DNA of 50,428 nucleotides, taken from IMG/VR virus record IMGVR_UViG_2909278081_000001. The stretch is one strand, 5' to 3'. Within the stretch, counting starts at the first letter, position 1; every line of letters begins with the position of its first letter. Under the pieces are notes generated by a model. That model searched no databases and was not told the origin of the DNA. It saw only the letters and a program-made list of their open reading frames with translations. Position numbers and translations under genes: made by a program. This stretch comes from a virus. Lineage: Duplodnaviria > Heunggongvirae > Uroviricota > Caudoviricetes. Positions 1 through 8,836 of the stretch are shown here, piece by piece.

Positions 1-405
1 ATGGATCAGGTTGTTGTTTTTCAAAAGATGTTTGAGCAAGTGAGAAAAGAGCAAAACTTCTCCTGGTTTTATTCAGAATTAAAACATCACCGTATTGCAC
101 ATTACATTTATTACCTGGCTACGGATAACATCAGAATTATTACTCACGATGACACGGTTTTGTTATTAAGAGGAACCAGGAACCTGTTAAAAGTTAGTAC
201 GACCAAGAACCCTGCTAAAATAAAAGAGGCCGCATTGCTTCATATTTGCGGAAAATCAACATTTCGGGAATACTGTTCAACACTGGCAGGCGCGGGCGTT
301 TTCCGGTGGGTTACTGATGTTAATCATAACAAACGCAGTTACTACGCCATTGATAATACGCTTTTATATATTGAAGATGTAGAAAACAATAAACCATTAA
401 TCTAG
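1..405 (+). CDS. ycgX: host DUF1398-family protein (YcgX-like), 134 aa
   Basis: Complete ORF starting at ATG at position 1; translation matches my recollection of E. coli YcgX, which neighbours iraM. Recalled, not searched. Confidence 0.6.
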   Translation: MDQVVVFQKMFEQVRKEQNFSWFYSELKHHRIAHYIYYLATDNIRIITHDDTVLLLRGTRNLLKVSTTKNPAKIKEAALLHICGKSTFREYCSTLAGAGVFRWVTDVNHNKRSYYAIDNTLLYIEDVENNKPLI

Positions 406-612
406 CTAAAGTTGGAAGCTTAAGAAATGCTTCATAATTCAGTAAGACATTAGCATAATGGAAATAAAAGTGCAGAGACTATCCCTATGGATGATAAATA
501 CTATCTTTTTATTGCCACCCATAAATAATCACCAGGCCAATACTATCAAATTGATATTTGAAATGTGATCACTTGACTTTCTATACGTTATTTTATAACG
601 GTTAACAAATTT

Positions 613-664
613 ATAAAACCAACGGGCGTGCCATACGCCCGTTTCAATACTTAACGCACATGTG
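613..664. repeat. about 50-bp hairpin-containing element, copy 1 of 2 (second copy 1481..1530)
   Basis: ataaaaccaacgggcgtgccatacgcccgtttcaatacttaacgcacatgtg is near-identical to 1481..1530; contains inverted repeat aacgggcgt/acgcccgtt. Confidence 0.6.
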
Positions 665-1107
665 TTTTGGTTTAGTCATCATCCGATTATATGTATTTTA
701 GTCAGGAACGGGTTTAACCATTCCTATATAACTCAAAAATTGAAACCTTATTCTCAGGTCATGCTTATATTCATCATTATCATTATATTAAAAGGCCAAT
801 CATAATGTTTTGCAAATTGGCACAACATAGCATAAAGGCTATGTTTTAATTACAGAATGTTCAGTCATTTGAATGTATAATATTTTAGCTAAACAAATCT
901 AAAACGAAGTGAATAATTTAATGTTTTCACTAAATCTCATTTTGTTTAATCTCTATTGAGATTCCTTGCTTTAAATTTTGTTTTATATAGGTAATGACAT
1001 TAATTTTTAATTAATTTATTTTTTGGGGAGTAATATACACATATGCAAAATCAAGAAATGAACATCCAAATGAACTATATTAAACACCGTGGGATAAGAC
1101 ATAACAA

Positions 1108-1431
1108 ATGAAGTGGATAGTAATTGATACGGTAATTCAACCTACATGCGGCATATCTTTTTCAGCCATATGGGGTGATATGAAAATGATCATCTGGTAT
1201 CAATCTACTATATTTCTCCCTCCTGGAAGTATATTTACACCGGTTAAGTCTGGTATTATCCTTAAGGATAAAGAATACCCTATTACTATTTATAACATCA
1301 CACCATTCAACAAGGATTTATGGATTTTACTCAAAAGCAGTCAAGAGTGTCCTCCAGGAGAAAGCGAAATAACAAATAAATGTTTACATAATAGTTGTAT
1401 TATAAAAATATGCCCATATGGACTCAAGTAA
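1108..1431 (+). CDS. iraM: anti-adaptor protein IraM (RssB inhibitor), 107 aa
   Basis: Translation [12 protein letters not shown]...KICPYGLK matches recalled E. coli IraM/YcgW almost residue for residue; in K-12 iraM lies next to the icdC end of the e14 element. Confidence 0.85.
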   Translation: MKWIVIDTVIQPTCGISFSAIWGDMKMIIWYQSTIFLPPGSIFTPVKSGIILKDKEYPITIYNITPFNKDLWILLKSSQECPPGESEITNKCLHNSCIIKICPYGLK

Positions 1432-1488
1432 TGGGCTTCATATAAATATGCTCGACATGCTATTAATAATATCCACATAAATAAAACA

Positions 1489-1512
1489 ACGGGCGTGTTA
1501 TACGCCCGTTTC
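1489..1512 (-). terminator. rho-independent terminator downstream of the icd 3' end (copy 2 of the 50-bp repeat)
   Basis: Hairpin aacgggcgt-gttat-acgcccgtt; on the minus strand it is followed by gttttatttatg, directly after the icd stop codon. Confidence 0.55.
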
Positions 1513-1533
1513 AATATTTAACACATGTAGAGA

Positions 1534-1698
1534 TTACATGTTCTTGATGATCGCATCACCAAACTCGCTGCATTTCAGCAGCTTAGCACCTTCCATCAGA
1601 CGTTCGAAGTCATAGGTTACGGTCTTCGCATTGATTGCGCCTTCCATACCTTTAACAATCAGGTCTGCAGCTTCAGTCCAGCCCATATGGCGCAGCAG
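1534..1698 (-). pseudogene. icdC: isocitrate dehydrogenase 3' fragment (icdC-like), last about 54 codons plus stop; prophage attachment junction
   Basis: Minus-strand translation ...[54 protein letters not shown] equals the Icd C-terminus; homology stops abruptly at about 1698/1699 where AT-rich foreign DNA begins. Confidence 0.85.
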
Positions 1699-2197
1699 TA
1701 TATAAAAACAATAAGTTCAAGTCATTGATATTTAATGATAAAAATTATTTTATTGTCTTTTTATTAGCCAAAATCAACTTTATTCAACCGTTTGATTTCA
1801 TTGACGCTCGTTTTTATTTTGGGGAAAGGTTTTATCTACCATTTATATCAAAATTACAAGTCTACATTTTATTAACATCTCAATACATGTGAGGCCTTGC
1901 AGACCTTTGTGAGACCTTATGTGTCTCAGTTTTGTCCCACCTTTTATTACGACTTGCATAGCCAATGAAGATAAACGTGACGACAAACGGCGCAGCAATC
2001 TTCCTTTCTTTCACACTTTCCCAACCCAGCATGTATACTTTTCTGCCATAACTAAAGTGAATGCCTGTTATGAGCAACAAACAGGCATTAGCGCCGCTAG
2101 CATATTAGCTACCATTCGACTGCCATACTTAAGATTGATTTCTTAAGTATAACCCGGTTTCTAATACTACTTGTATATTCAGCTCTGAGATTCATTT

Positions 2198-5100
2198 TTA
2201 TCTCGTAAAGCTAGTTTTATGACTTCCTGTTAGCTGACTGTCTTCATAATAAAATGCTCCACTAAACTCCTGTCGACCATAATGATGACTTGATGTGAGT
2301 GAGCCCCCTATAACGCCCTTTTCACCTAATAATGTCCAAACGATTTCAAAACCATTGTCCCTTAACATTGTTAAAAATGGTTCTTTTTTAACAAGTAGAT
2401 GCGGCTTTGAAGCATATACAGCTTCAGCTGCAAAGCAAACCATAGTTCCATTTTCATCATTGAAGCTACCCTCTACTTCCCCACTTTTTAATCCCATCTT
2501 TTCAAAGATTAAGTTACTAGGCTTCAAAAAATTCAAAGTTTCTATTTTTGATTTGTCGAACTCCTCTTCCCACAAATAATTAATCGAAGTGACACTAACA
2601 TCAGCAATCTTAGCTCCAGACTCCCGGTCTGTTACCGAAGTCCAGTCAGATCCACCATAATAATCTGATTTAAAAGACTTAAATGCTTCGGACCAATAGT
2701 ACTCCCTATTAAATAATTGGTATCTATCAGTACATTCCGGCATCCACCTGCCCATAAAGTCTTGAGCTATTGCCCAATCTCTAAAATTTTCAAATTCTTC
2801 AACTTTAACGATATAACTTCTGATCTGATACCAAACCTCTTTTCGTGGGTGCCCCCAATCATCGTTTCCAATAATTTTTGGTTCTTTCCATGATGGATAA
2901 CTTTCTAATACTATCCATTCATCACCATTATCATCTTTAACTTCAATAAAAGCATATGAATTAGTTATAGTAGTAGAACTTTTAACCCAGTCTTCATTAG
3001 AGCAAGTCCAATCAAACACTTCATCATTAAGCCACCACATTTCTTTATTGCTTATTTTTTTCGTTCCAGTTTCTTTAAGTAAGATAGTGGGATCTATATC
3101 TCTTACGTAAGGCTCCCATGGCCCTTGGTATGGATTTTCCTTTCGTTCGTCACCATAACCTTCAAAACGAGTAAAATTATCGGCTAGCCTTGCCATGTAT
3201 TCATAATAAGCAATCCATTGGTATTTTTTACCAATCCGTTCTTGGAATGCCTCTCTACGTCCACGTCCAGTTCCTATTTGTTGGTCAAAATTACCATGCT
3301 TCTCCGGATCCCAACCAAGCTCTATAACACGATTGAATATAAATTGTTGAGCTAGTCGAAGATCAAAGTGTTTATCAGTTTCCAGCAGATTATTATTATG
3401 ATCCAGGTATGGCTCTATTTCATTTTCAAACTCACTTAACAGATCGTATGACAATGAATTCTTAAATAATTTCTTGCTCGCCTTTATTTCTTCCTGTGCT
3501 TTTCTACCGACCACACGACCAAATTTAATTCCTTCGCATTTATCATCATAAATGAAAGGATCTGTGGCATCATGCAAATCTTTTTGTTGATCAGTTAGTT
3601 TACATTTGAAAGTTTTAAAAACTTGCTTACGGTCAACAGGGGTTTCATTAAACTTGCAACCAGACCAATCAGAATGATTATAATTTGTTCCAATAGTATA
3701 TCGTGAAAAGTCACCACCTTCCATAATCGAGCTCCAGAGTTCCCGATAAGGTTCTTTATCATAAAGGGACTCTAGTTCCTCTTTTGAAGGAATCTTGTCA
3801 GGCCAAATGCTGTTGTAGGGTGGTCTAGTCTTGGATAATTCAATGCTTTCAAGTTCCAATCCAAGATGATTAGCAAATTCAATAATCTCTCTAGCATAAT
3901 CTCTAAGTAATATATTTGGATACACATACTCAGAACAAAATACCTTTTGGTAAACAGTTTCGGCTAAATATTTTAGTTCTTTAATATTATCAGTTCGCAA
4001 TGTACAGCCTAATGCAACTGCAAATATTCTTTCCCAAACGTAAGGATCATTTACACCATAAAACTTATCAATTATTTTTCTCAATACAGGAATTCTTGGC
4101 TCGAGTAAACTCACTAAAGCCTTGGTTGAGCAATCTCGAAGTTCTCGGTTACTAGAAGTTAAAAACCAGCATAAACTAGTTGCAACTAGCTCGATTGACT
4201 CATCCGAAACGAAGCTTTTGTCTGTTCTGCCCCATGCCCAATCGATTAGATGCCTAAATGCTGAGTCTTCACTATATTTATATTTAAGTTTTGTAGTCCA
4301 AAACGAATCTCGATTTGCCAAAGGGTAATCTTTTAGCCAATCATGCAAGAAATTAGCATTAAAGGGATGGTCAACTAAACCTGAAATAGAGATCACTGCC
4401 TCGAGGAAATGATCAAAACTATCTTTAAATTTAAAAACATGTTCATTGATGAAAGGTCTGATTTTTTCGAAATCAATAGCCTTAATATCTCGCCATATCA
4501 AGCTATCAATAAAGGCTTCTAGTAATTTATGATTATTGCTGAACTCCGGCAGAAGTTCATAAAGCTCTTTTCCATACTTTTCTGGCAATTGAATAGACAG
4601 CGCCTCTACTATTCCCGGGTTTATATAAAAGTCACATTCATCATGAAAATATTTTTTCAGACGACCATCTGACTTAAATTCACTTTCGATATTTTCAACA
4701 TCATTTAATAAAAAATTAACAGTTAAATGATCATCAAACCTTTCAAAAGCCACATGAACTACTTCCTCAGTAGAATTATCATCATTTCTCACTATGCCTT
4801 TAGTCAATAATCCTTCGTCAATCAAGGCGCTGAGGAAGGTTTTATCAGCAACATAATCATTAACTACAGATTGAACCACTGAGTGAGCATCTCTAAGTGA
4901 AATACTATTACGACCAATCTCTAATTTGAATTTTATGATTTCATTGAGAGCATCTTTAACAAGAGGAAAACTGGGATCGAATGCATATTTTCTTGGCGAT
5001 GCTAATGATTTATTTACCCCTTCCACTAAAAAGTTAAAAATATTTGAAATCCCATTAAATCCAACAGGCACTTTGGTTAAACCATTTTTCTTAATGCCTT

Positions 5101-6652
5101 CACACAATAACTTAAGAAATAGAGGGTTTTTAAACTCTGGATTAAGGTTAGGTGATGAAGGCCTCTCTATATTGTAATAATCATAAAATAGACTAACCGC
5201 TTCCAACTCAACGTTCTGAAATCCAATATGTTCATGAATTTCAAAATTATTTCGCTCAACATTCTCATGTGAAATTGTTACATTTCTATATGTTGTTCTG
5301 ACTGACATTATCAGACCAAGCCATTCAAAGCCTCTGATTTCATCGACAAAACTGTTAATATTGTCATTCCAGAATTTATTTCCATTACCTTCATTAATAG
5401 CATCAATAAAAACTAAGACTCTTTTTCCTGTTTTTTTGCCATATAAATTCAGTTTTTCTAGGAATTCACGAGAAGTGATTTTAAGCTGTAATCTCTTGAA
5501 GATTTGTGACCATGGAGATTCATCTGAAGTAAGTTGTTGCCCTAGTATGAGTAGAGAAGGATACCCAGAAGCAATTCGATTTTTAATCACATCAGCCAGT
5601 AAATGAGACTTACCAATTCCAGCTTTTCCTTCGAGAAGTAAGAATGGGTTGTTAGCCAACTTCACTGTTGTTGAATTAATGAATGCACGTAATTCATTGC
5701 ACGCATAGTCAAGTTCCCGAAGCATTCGCAGAGTAGATGAATAATTATCACTGTAATGCTTGGTTTCACCTACTTGTTCTGACTTTTCTCGGAGTTCCCA
5801 CAATATTGATTCCGCTCCGCCAATAGCTGTCTGGCAGCTAGAAACATAGTTATTAAATTTATTTATAGGGACTTCATCTAATTTAGAAAAATTAATTTCT
5901 TGATATATATCAGAAATTTCTTTTAAGGACTGGTCTATTTCAGATAATTGTGAGGAAATTACATCGCAACTATGTAATTTCTTTCCAGTGACCAGAAAAC
6001 TATCTATATGCGAATAAAATATTTTAGAAAAATTATTAGTTCTACCGAGACCATCAAATATCTCTGCTATTTCTAGCTTTACGTTGAGTTCGGGTGTGTA
6101 TCGGCCTCCCAAGTCAGCTATTGCTTGACTACTTTTCTCATTTAACCAATCATCACTCAAGTGAAAAGTTAGTTTCTCATCTATAGACCGCAAAACAAGT
6201 TTAATTTGAATAAGCTCTTCATTAATATCGAATATTTTTTCTTTATAAGTTTCTTCGATATGTAGCTTTTTTAACTTCGAACAATTATTTATTTTTAACG
6301 ACAACATCCCATAAAAAAGGCTGAGTTGTTGTTGAGTTGGGGGAGTGACGCTTGGATATTCTTTGAACTTGTCTAATAACATCTCTTTGTCAGGGAACTC
6401 TTTAAAAAGGATGTGCTCATTCAACATCTCAAACAATGGTTTAGAATGATAAAATGGAATTGCTCCACTTTCTACTGGATATGTTTCTTCAAACTCAATT
6501 GCCGTCTCTTCAATTAGTTGATATAATCTATCCACATATTTTTCTGTGGGGAATAATGCTTTCTTAATCCAACTATATCCTTCTTGAGAAATGAATTGAT
6601 CAATAAGTTTAGTTGCTACATAAGTTGCCACTGTAATTGATATGGGTTCCAT
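2198..6652 (-). CDS. large P-loop NTPase, STAND/NACHT-like (1484 aa); candidate anti-phage defence protein
   Basis: Single uninterrupted 4.4-kb ORF, visibly AT-rich. Walker A LLEGKAGIGKSHLLADV about 330 aa from the N-terminus, Walker B-like RVLVFIDAINEG, long Trp-rich C-terminal region. Family assignment is inferred from motifs only. Confidence 0.6.
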   Translation of the reverse strand: MEPISITVATYVATKLIDQFISQEGYSWIKKALFPTEKYVDRLYQLIEETAIEFEETYPVESGAIPFYHSKPLFEMLNEHILFKEFPDKEMLLDKFKEYPSVTPPTQQQLSLFYGMLSLKINNCSKLKKLHIEETYKEKIFDINEELIQIKLVLRSIDEKLTFHLSDDWLNEKSSQAIADLGGRYTPELNVKLEIAEIFDGLGRTNNFSKIFYSHIDSFLVTGKKLHSCDVISSQLSEIDQSLKEISDIYQEINFSKLDEVPINKFNNYVSSCQTAIGGAESILWELREKSEQVGETKHYSDNYSSTLRMLRELDYACNELRAFINSTTVKLANNPFLLLEGKAGIGKSHLLADVIKNRIASGYPSLLILGQQLTSDESPWSQIFKRLQLKITSREFLEKLNLYGKKTGKRVLVFIDAINEGNGNKFWNDNINSFVDEIRGFEWLGLIMSVRTTYRNVTISHENVERNNFEIHEHIGFQNVELEAVSLFYDYYNIERPSSPNLNPEFKNPLFLKLLCEGIKKNGLTKVPVGFNGISNIFNFLVEGVNKSLASPRKYAFDPSFPLVKDALNEIIKFKLEIGRNSISLRDAHSVVQSVVNDYVADKTFLSALIDEGLLTKGIVRNDDNSTEEVVHVAFERFDDHLTVNFLLNDVENIESEFKSDGRLKKYFHDECDFYINPGIVEALSIQLPEKYGKELYELLPEFSNNHKLLEAFIDSLIWRDIKAIDFEKIRPFINEHVFKFKDSFDHFLEAVISISGLVDHPFNANFLHDWLKDYPLANRDSFWTTKLKYKYSEDSAFRHLIDWAWGRTDKSFVSDESIELVATSLCWFLTSSNRELRDCSTKALVSLLEPRIPVLRKIIDKFYGVNDPYVWERIFAVALGCTLRTDNIKELKYLAETVYQKVFCSEYVYPNILLRDYAREIIEFANHLGLELESIELSKTRPPYNSIWPDKIPSKEELESLYDKEPYRELWSSIMEGGDFSRYTIGTNYNHSDWSGCKFNETPVDRKQVFKTFKCKLTDQQKDLHDATDPFIYDDKCEGIKFGRVVGRKAQEEIKASKKLFKNSLSYDLLSEFENEIEPYLDHNNNLLETDKHFDLRLAQQFIFNRVIELGWDPEKHGNFDQQIGTGRGRREAFQERIGKKYQWIAYYEYMARLADNFTRFEGYGDERKENPYQGPWEPYVRDIDPTILLKETGTKKISNKEMWWLNDEVFDWTCSNEDWVKSSTTITNSYAFIEVKDDNGDEWIVLESYPSWKEPKIIGNDDWGHPRKEVWYQIRSYIVKVEEFENFRDWAIAQDFMGRWMPECTDRYQLFNREYYWSEAFKSFKSDYYGGSDWTSVTDRESGAKIADVSVTSINYLWEEEFDKSKIETLNFLKPSNLIFEKMGLKSGEVEGSFNDENGTMVCFAAEAVYASKPHLLVKKEPFLTMLRDNGFEIVWTLLGEKGVIGGSLTSSHHYGRQEFSGAFYYEDSQLTGSHKTSFTR

Positions 6653-7183
6653 GATTAGCTTCTTCCAACAATTAAATTTTTTACCAAGCGTTTATGCTTT
6701 CCAATAATTATTACATCTCACCGTAAAACATATTTATATGGTTTTAAACCTATCTGTAAATCTTGACACCTTGGCAAGAACCTAATCCTACATTTTAATA
6801 TCAATCTATATAATATCGCCAGCGTCATAATAATCGGGCTTGTCATAGTTAAGTATTCGCCTCCGATATCCCAATGAGATAAGTAAGTCATAAGTGTTAT
6901 AAATGAAAAGGTTTCATTTTTCAAAGAGTTATTATGATGGAATATTATTCAAAACGCAATGTGGCTGAAACGAGTCTGAATCTAACATCCGCTCCTAGCA
7001 CATAGCAGCCATAGAGACAGTGGCGTAAAGTCATGGAGGATCGGTGGGAGAAGGTGCAAATCCTCCCCTACAAAAAATACGTAAAAACGGTAACGGCTGG
7101 AAATCATTCAATACTCGCACTATCGAAAGTTAACCAGCCAGCCGCAGTATCCTATCATGACAAGTTACTGCGGCTTTTTATAT

Positions 7184-7501
7184 TTAACGGATCAACAGCC
7201 AGACCAGCAGACATGCCACCACCGGCACAGCAAAATCCATCAGGCTTGCCACATCCCATGCACGAGGATCAAAACCGCCCCACCACGGCATGTTAATCCG
7301 CTTGCCATGCCCGAACATTTCAATCCAGCGATATTCTGCCTGGGTATGTTCACGAGCGATGAAGAACGTACAACCAGCTATCGCACCGTAAGCCCAGTTT
7401 CCGGTAAAAAGACCAACCAGTACCTGCGCAGCCACAGCACAAAGCGCGTGAAGGAAAGGTGTTATATCCATTTTCATCCTACCCAATAAAACGGGACTCA
7501 C
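7184..7501 (-). CDS. small hydrophobic protein, likely inner-membrane; function unknown
   Basis: ORF with two hydrophobic stretches (AVAAQVLVGLF, VPVVACLLVWLLI); true start may be Met9 or Met11; sits between the distal fiber gene and the NTPase gene. Confidence 0.45.
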   Translation of the reverse strand: MSPVLLGRMKMDITPFLHALCAVAAQVLVGLFTGNWAYGAIAGCTFFIAREHTQAEYRWIEMFGHGKRINMPWWGGFDPRAWDVASLMDFAVPVVACLLVWLLIR

Positions 7502-7513
7502 GGCCCCTTAATA

Positions 7514-8554
7514 TTATTTAGACGCAAGCGCCGCCTCAATTGCAGATAATCTTTGTCTTAATTCTGCGTTTTCTTCTTCCAGTGCTGTTATTCTGTCGTC
7601 GGACTCTCTGGCTACCTGAACAAGCAAGCCAGTAACACCAGAATAATCTACAGTGTAATACCGTTCACCTTCTTCGCCTTCAGATCCGCTACCACCGTCC
7701 CTATATTTTATCGTAGAGCCTACGGACTCTGGAATTGCTTCTAAGGCTTCCTGTGCGATAACACCAGCGTAAGGCATCCCGTTTTCTTTAAGCGTGTATG
7801 TATAACCATTCATCTTACGGATGCGATTGGTTGCATTATCAATCACCTGAATATTATCTTTCAGGTCTCGGTCAGAGGTCTGGTTAAATGCGGTCGCTTG
7901 ACATGCACCATTAACAGCAAATGCATATGTGTCATCTGTTTGTTTTTGACCGAAGAATATAAAAGCCCCACCATCTACACCAACTTCATAAACAACCGGA
8001 CGGCTGGAGTTGCCCCACAATTTAGCAGTAACGCCAGCGTGAGCGGTTCCCTGTGTGTTTAGTGTCATGGTCGAACCATGATTAGCATATTTGATCTGTA
8101 ATGTGTCTGTATAATCAAATTTAATCAGGGCATTATCTACACGATCCCCATAGGACATGAGGCATTTACCCATTTTCAAATAACCAGCAGTGCCAGGGAA
8201 AATTAAAGTTCCTCCGTAAAGATCACTAAAGTCCCAAAAGATACCTTTTGTCCCGTTATGTGTGACGATCCTCGTCATTGTATCTTTAGTACCATCAATA
8301 TTTTTTCTTGTATATATATCACTATAAGCGTTTTCCGTTTCACCAGTCTTATTTGACAAATGCAGCTTACCGCTGAATATAGTTCCAGTTGTTGGCAATG
8401 TTTTTTGTTCATAGATTACATTGCAATAACCATTCCATGTTGTTTTATTGTCTACATAAGATTTTGTTGCATAGCTTCCTTGATCAGTTTTTAGTTTACT
8501 AACATCGGATTTTAGCGTTTTGATGTCATCAGGAATTACTGTTTTTGTAACCAT
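7514..8554 (-). CDS. tail fiber/tailspike-like protein with C-terminal intramolecular-chaperone (S74-type) domain and coiled-coil tail
   Basis: C-terminal DRDLKDNIQVIDNATNRIRKMNGYTYTLKE... resembles the auto-cleaving chaperone of fiber/endosialidase proteins, then ALEEENAELRQRLSAIEAAL coiled coil. By motif, not lambda Tfa. Confidence 0.6.
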   Translation of the reverse strand: MVTKTVIPDDIKTLKSDVSKLKTDQGSYATKSYVDNKTTWNGYCNVIYEQKTLPTTGTIFSGKLHLSNKTGETENAYSDIYTRKNIDGTKDTMTRIVTHNGTKGIFWDFSDLYGGTLIFPGTAGYLKMGKCLMSYGDRVDNALIKFDYTDTLQIKYANHGSTMTLNTQGTAHAGVTAKLWGNSSRPVVYEVGVDGGAFIFFGQKQTDDTYAFAVNGACQATAFNQTSDRDLKDNIQVIDNATNRIRKMNGYTYTLKENGMPYAGVIAQEALEAIPESVGSTIKYRDGGSGSEGEEGERYYTVDYSGVTGLLVQVARESDDRITALEEENAELRQRLSAIEAALASK

Positions 8555-8566
8555 TGTCTTACTCCA

Positions 8567-8836
8567 TTAAGCCCATGTCCTTACATGCTGATCTGTCGTA
8601 ATGAAAGGCATTAAAGAAGATATGTTTTTACTGCCATCAACAATCCTCATGTTTACGAAAAAACCACCGCGATCAATGCCTGTACATCTTTCGTTTTCTG
8701 GCTCCTCGTAATCGATAATGCAGCCAATAACATCAACAAGAACCCCATTTTCTTCTTCAAGACTGAACAGGCCACTGTCATATACAATTGCGTTAAACTG
8801 TTCTCTGTTATCGAATCGTAATGTTATATCCCGCAT
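8567..8836 (-). CDS. hypothetical protein, 89 aa, translationally coupled to side tail fiber gene
   Basis: Start overlaps the stf stop by 1 nt; acidic; no recognised motif. Confidence 0.45.
   Translation of the reverse strand: MRDITLRFDNREQFNAIVYDSGLFSLEEENGVLVDVIGCIIDYEEPENERCTGIDRGGFFVNMRIVDGSKNISSLMPFITTDQHVRTWA

Noticed and set aside
1700-2198. Small ORFs (66-75 aa) in the AT-rich stretch next to the icd junction
   Set aside because: Overlapping each other on opposite strands, no start context; more likely the att-proximal non-coding arm and the terminator region of the NTPase gene.
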